Below, piece by piece: positions 61,366 to 64,000 of a DNA stretch of 64,000 nucleotides. Numbering within the stretch: the stretch's first letter is position 1; every line of letters begins with the position of its first letter. The notes under the pieces were generated by a model, which worked only from the letters and a program-made list of their open reading frames with translations, made no database searches and had not been told where the DNA came from. The position numbers and the translations under genes were made by a program. Source of the stretch: Trichosphaerium sp. ATCC 40318 (lineage: Eukaryota; Protista; Tubulinea); assembly GCA_038496445.1 (NCBI GenBank), contig JALMLS010000255.1:496001-560000 (forward strand), written 5' to 3'.

Positions 61366-63960
61366 CTACTGTGTTTGTTCTAAAGAACTTGTTGTGGTAG
61401 TAGTATGTGAACGCTCCCTAGGAGTCGGTGATGTCAACCTCTTTTTTTTCTTTTTATCACGTGCTGATAACTTTCTTTTTTTCATTTTTTTTTCTTTTCG
61501 TTTTCTTTCACGTTTCTCTGATGCAGCACTTTTACGATTTTTTTCTTTCTGAGATTTATGACTACGTGGGCTCTTACCACTTGCACTACTACTAGTAGTA
61601 TATTGTATAAATCCCTAAAAAAAACGAGTGAGAAGGATAAAAAATACAGAAAAAAAAAAGAATTCGTTAGCGTTCAGGGCATCCTAATCAACTGCCAAAC
61701 AATATATGAAAATATTGACAAAGACACAGACAATGCTCCAAGAGGATATTTATCGTTAAAGTAGTTTACCTTTGCTTCTGATTGTATATACACTTTTGAG
61801 TCTGACTTCATTGTTAACCCATCTTCCGACTCAACTTCAGACTCTAAGCATTGAACAATTAGCCTTCATCTCGCACAAAAGGTGTTTGTGTACTTACCAG
61901 AATAACCGTGACTGATGACACGCACTGTAGTTCTTTTATTACTCTTTGCATCATTTGTGTCGCTTCCATTTATTTGTTGTCCCCATTCATGTAGGCGCCA
62001 CTTGAACAGTCGGCGTACAGAAGACACACCTGTTTCTATTTTCATTTCTATCTTCTGTCTGGCGTCTTCTTCAGTCCTTGAAGCCATAAGCGCCATATCA
62101 CTAGCTAACCATCGCCTTATTTCCCCTATCCGCTTTGAAGTAAAGTCCTACTTTTATCAGAAAAGACATTGTGTTTTTTTGTTAATTACCTTGAACAAAA
62201 GCTCCGCAAATCGTATTATAGTACTGCTATGTCGCCGTAATATTATGAAAGCTGAACCACATAACTCCTTAAACCTCTCCCAATTAGCAGAACCAAGACC
62301 TGTAACCATATCTAAAAAAATAACTGTAAACAAACTTCAAGACCACCATCGTTGGTTTTTTTACAGACAAAACGAAAACTGACTTACCTGGATGTATAGC
62401 AAATCTAGGCGCATCATAACCACGTGTGGTTCTATTAAAATTATGCCCAAAATCAATATGAAATAGAGTTGATGTGTCCTTAAAGAATAAAGGTTAAAAC
62501 AAGGTCAGGTTTTGTGAGTACATACTTTTTTGATTAATATATTATCTTGATGTCTATCTCGTATTCCTAATACATAAGCAGATACATACGAACCCGCAGA
62601 AGACGCCAAAAAATTATCAATGTCTGCAGGCTTTAATGTTTTTAATGTCGACCAATCAAACTTTGCAATTGATACACTATTTCTTACAAACTCTACAAAC
62701 CCAGCAGAAGCGCTATAAAAAAAAAACAAGTCAAACAAAAAAAAAAAAAAGCAAATTTCTTCAGCGGAGAAAATAATTACATCACGTTATAGTCACGTGA
62801 CTAGCACATGGATGAAAAAACTGACGAAATATTTTAATTTTTAGAATCGTTATTGTACCTCGTAGGTATAACCTTATACTGTCTTATGTAAGGTTTTAAC
62901 TTCAAGCTAGAATTAGCCCATAGTTGATTCACAATATAATTAAGAACTTGAATAAGTAAGTCTTCTCTCAAATCCGCTCCAGTCTTATAAATAGCGCGTG
63001 TCACGTGATTTGTTTGATATCTTAATACAACAGTTAATTAACATCAAAAAACAAAGCAAGCAAAGGAAAAACAATACAAGTCTTTCAAAAAAAAAAAAAG
63101 TGTACCTCATTTTAAGAAGTGCAGGCTTGCTCGCACTCGTAAAAATTCTATCAACATATATCTCATCTACTTTCCTTGCTGAGAAGCAGTCTACAAAAGG
63201 GACCTTAATCTGTAGTGTTTCACCTTCTACTAGAGAAGAAAGGTAGCAATCTGTGACCTTTTTAACATTTTCAAGGCCGTCTGAAACAAGCCATGTTAAA
63301 TTTTCATCAACAAACCCATAAGAAGCTTGTTTTAACCTGTAAAAATAACCACCAATAAGTACGCTGCACGAACTATCTGTAGAGTGGTTTTAAAATCATA
63401 CCAAAACGCTAGAGATCCCAATATGGGTGCTTTGTTTACACGAATTGATATTGCCAAGAGTGCGTCTGTACGTGCTTCATCATGGACCAATTGTGACTCC
63501 AAGATCTTGGCAATAAGTGGCATATACCAGTACACTAGTATATACAGTTATGATCTGTTTTGTACGATTTACAGGCTTTTTTTTCAAATTTTTAAAAACT
63601 GAGTAGATCGAGTCGCTTACGTTGTAGATCGGTCATTTTGGCAATGTCTCGAGGATCTAGAGCGTCAATAGCGTTAGCGTACCAAATACGTCACGAAAAG
63701 CAAGCGTTTTTTTTGATTCCGGTTCAAGTTTGATTGTTCAATTAAGCGCCGTACGCACCGAGTACATCGTTATTGAGTTTTGAAAGGAATAGCAAGTCGT
63801 TTAATTTTTTTTTTTTCTTCTTTTCGCGGGGTACTGTCGCTTCGTAGCCACAAACGAGAACTCCTTTTGTTAATTGTGCTAATGCCTATAAAAATTGGAT
63901 TAAATTAGGCTAAACAATATTCCATGCGTAATAAAGGCGTTGGGCCCAATAAGCGCGGAA
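61366..63960 (-). CDS. phosphatidylinositol 3-kinase family protein (helical plus catalytic domain); 5' end uncertain or beyond the window
   Basis: GSLAFW, IFTSASKPALL, KTGADLRED, SSAGSYVSAYVLGIRDRHQDNILI, LFHIDFGH and APRF; Lys/Arg-rich C-terminal tail. Confidence 0.9.
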
Positions 63961-64000
63961 TACCGGGTTAACTTACACGTTTAGCATTTTGTTGAAGACT

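Noticed and set aside
1-64000. rRNA, tRNA, viral hallmark genes and autonomous transposases
   Set aside because: None was recognised by eye. tRNAscan/Rfam and HMM searches would be needed to exclude them.

Overview
AT-rich, gene-dense eukaryotic (protist-like) DNA. Genes are split by many short GT-AG introns, so the ORF track shows mostly exon fragments, and the gene coordinates below come from hand-splicing and are approximate. Recognisable genes include a GPI-type surface protein, MYND finger, calponin-homology protein, two-dsRBD protein, CASTOR-like ACT protein, NOB1, several F-box/BTB proteins, GH27, an intronless FG-GAP-like secreted protein, DUF1761, DUF393/DCC1, two tandem class C GPCRs, an aldehyde dehydrogenase, a PL14 lyase, a large LamG-containing class C GPCR and a PI3-kinase. 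The most unusual part is 10.5-21.6 kb. A 1.16-kb TIR element with a TA duplication sits inside the dsRBD gene in a way that could be spliced out in frame. Its second copy lies in a ~6-kb inverted-repeat island of decayed F-box-like/MORN-repeat genes and shows strongly one-directional CpG->TpG/CpA decay, which suggests region-specific cytosine methylation. The palindrome CACGTG is conspicuously enriched in introns and intergenic DNA but was not seen in that island. No rRNA, tRNA or CRISPR array was recognised.
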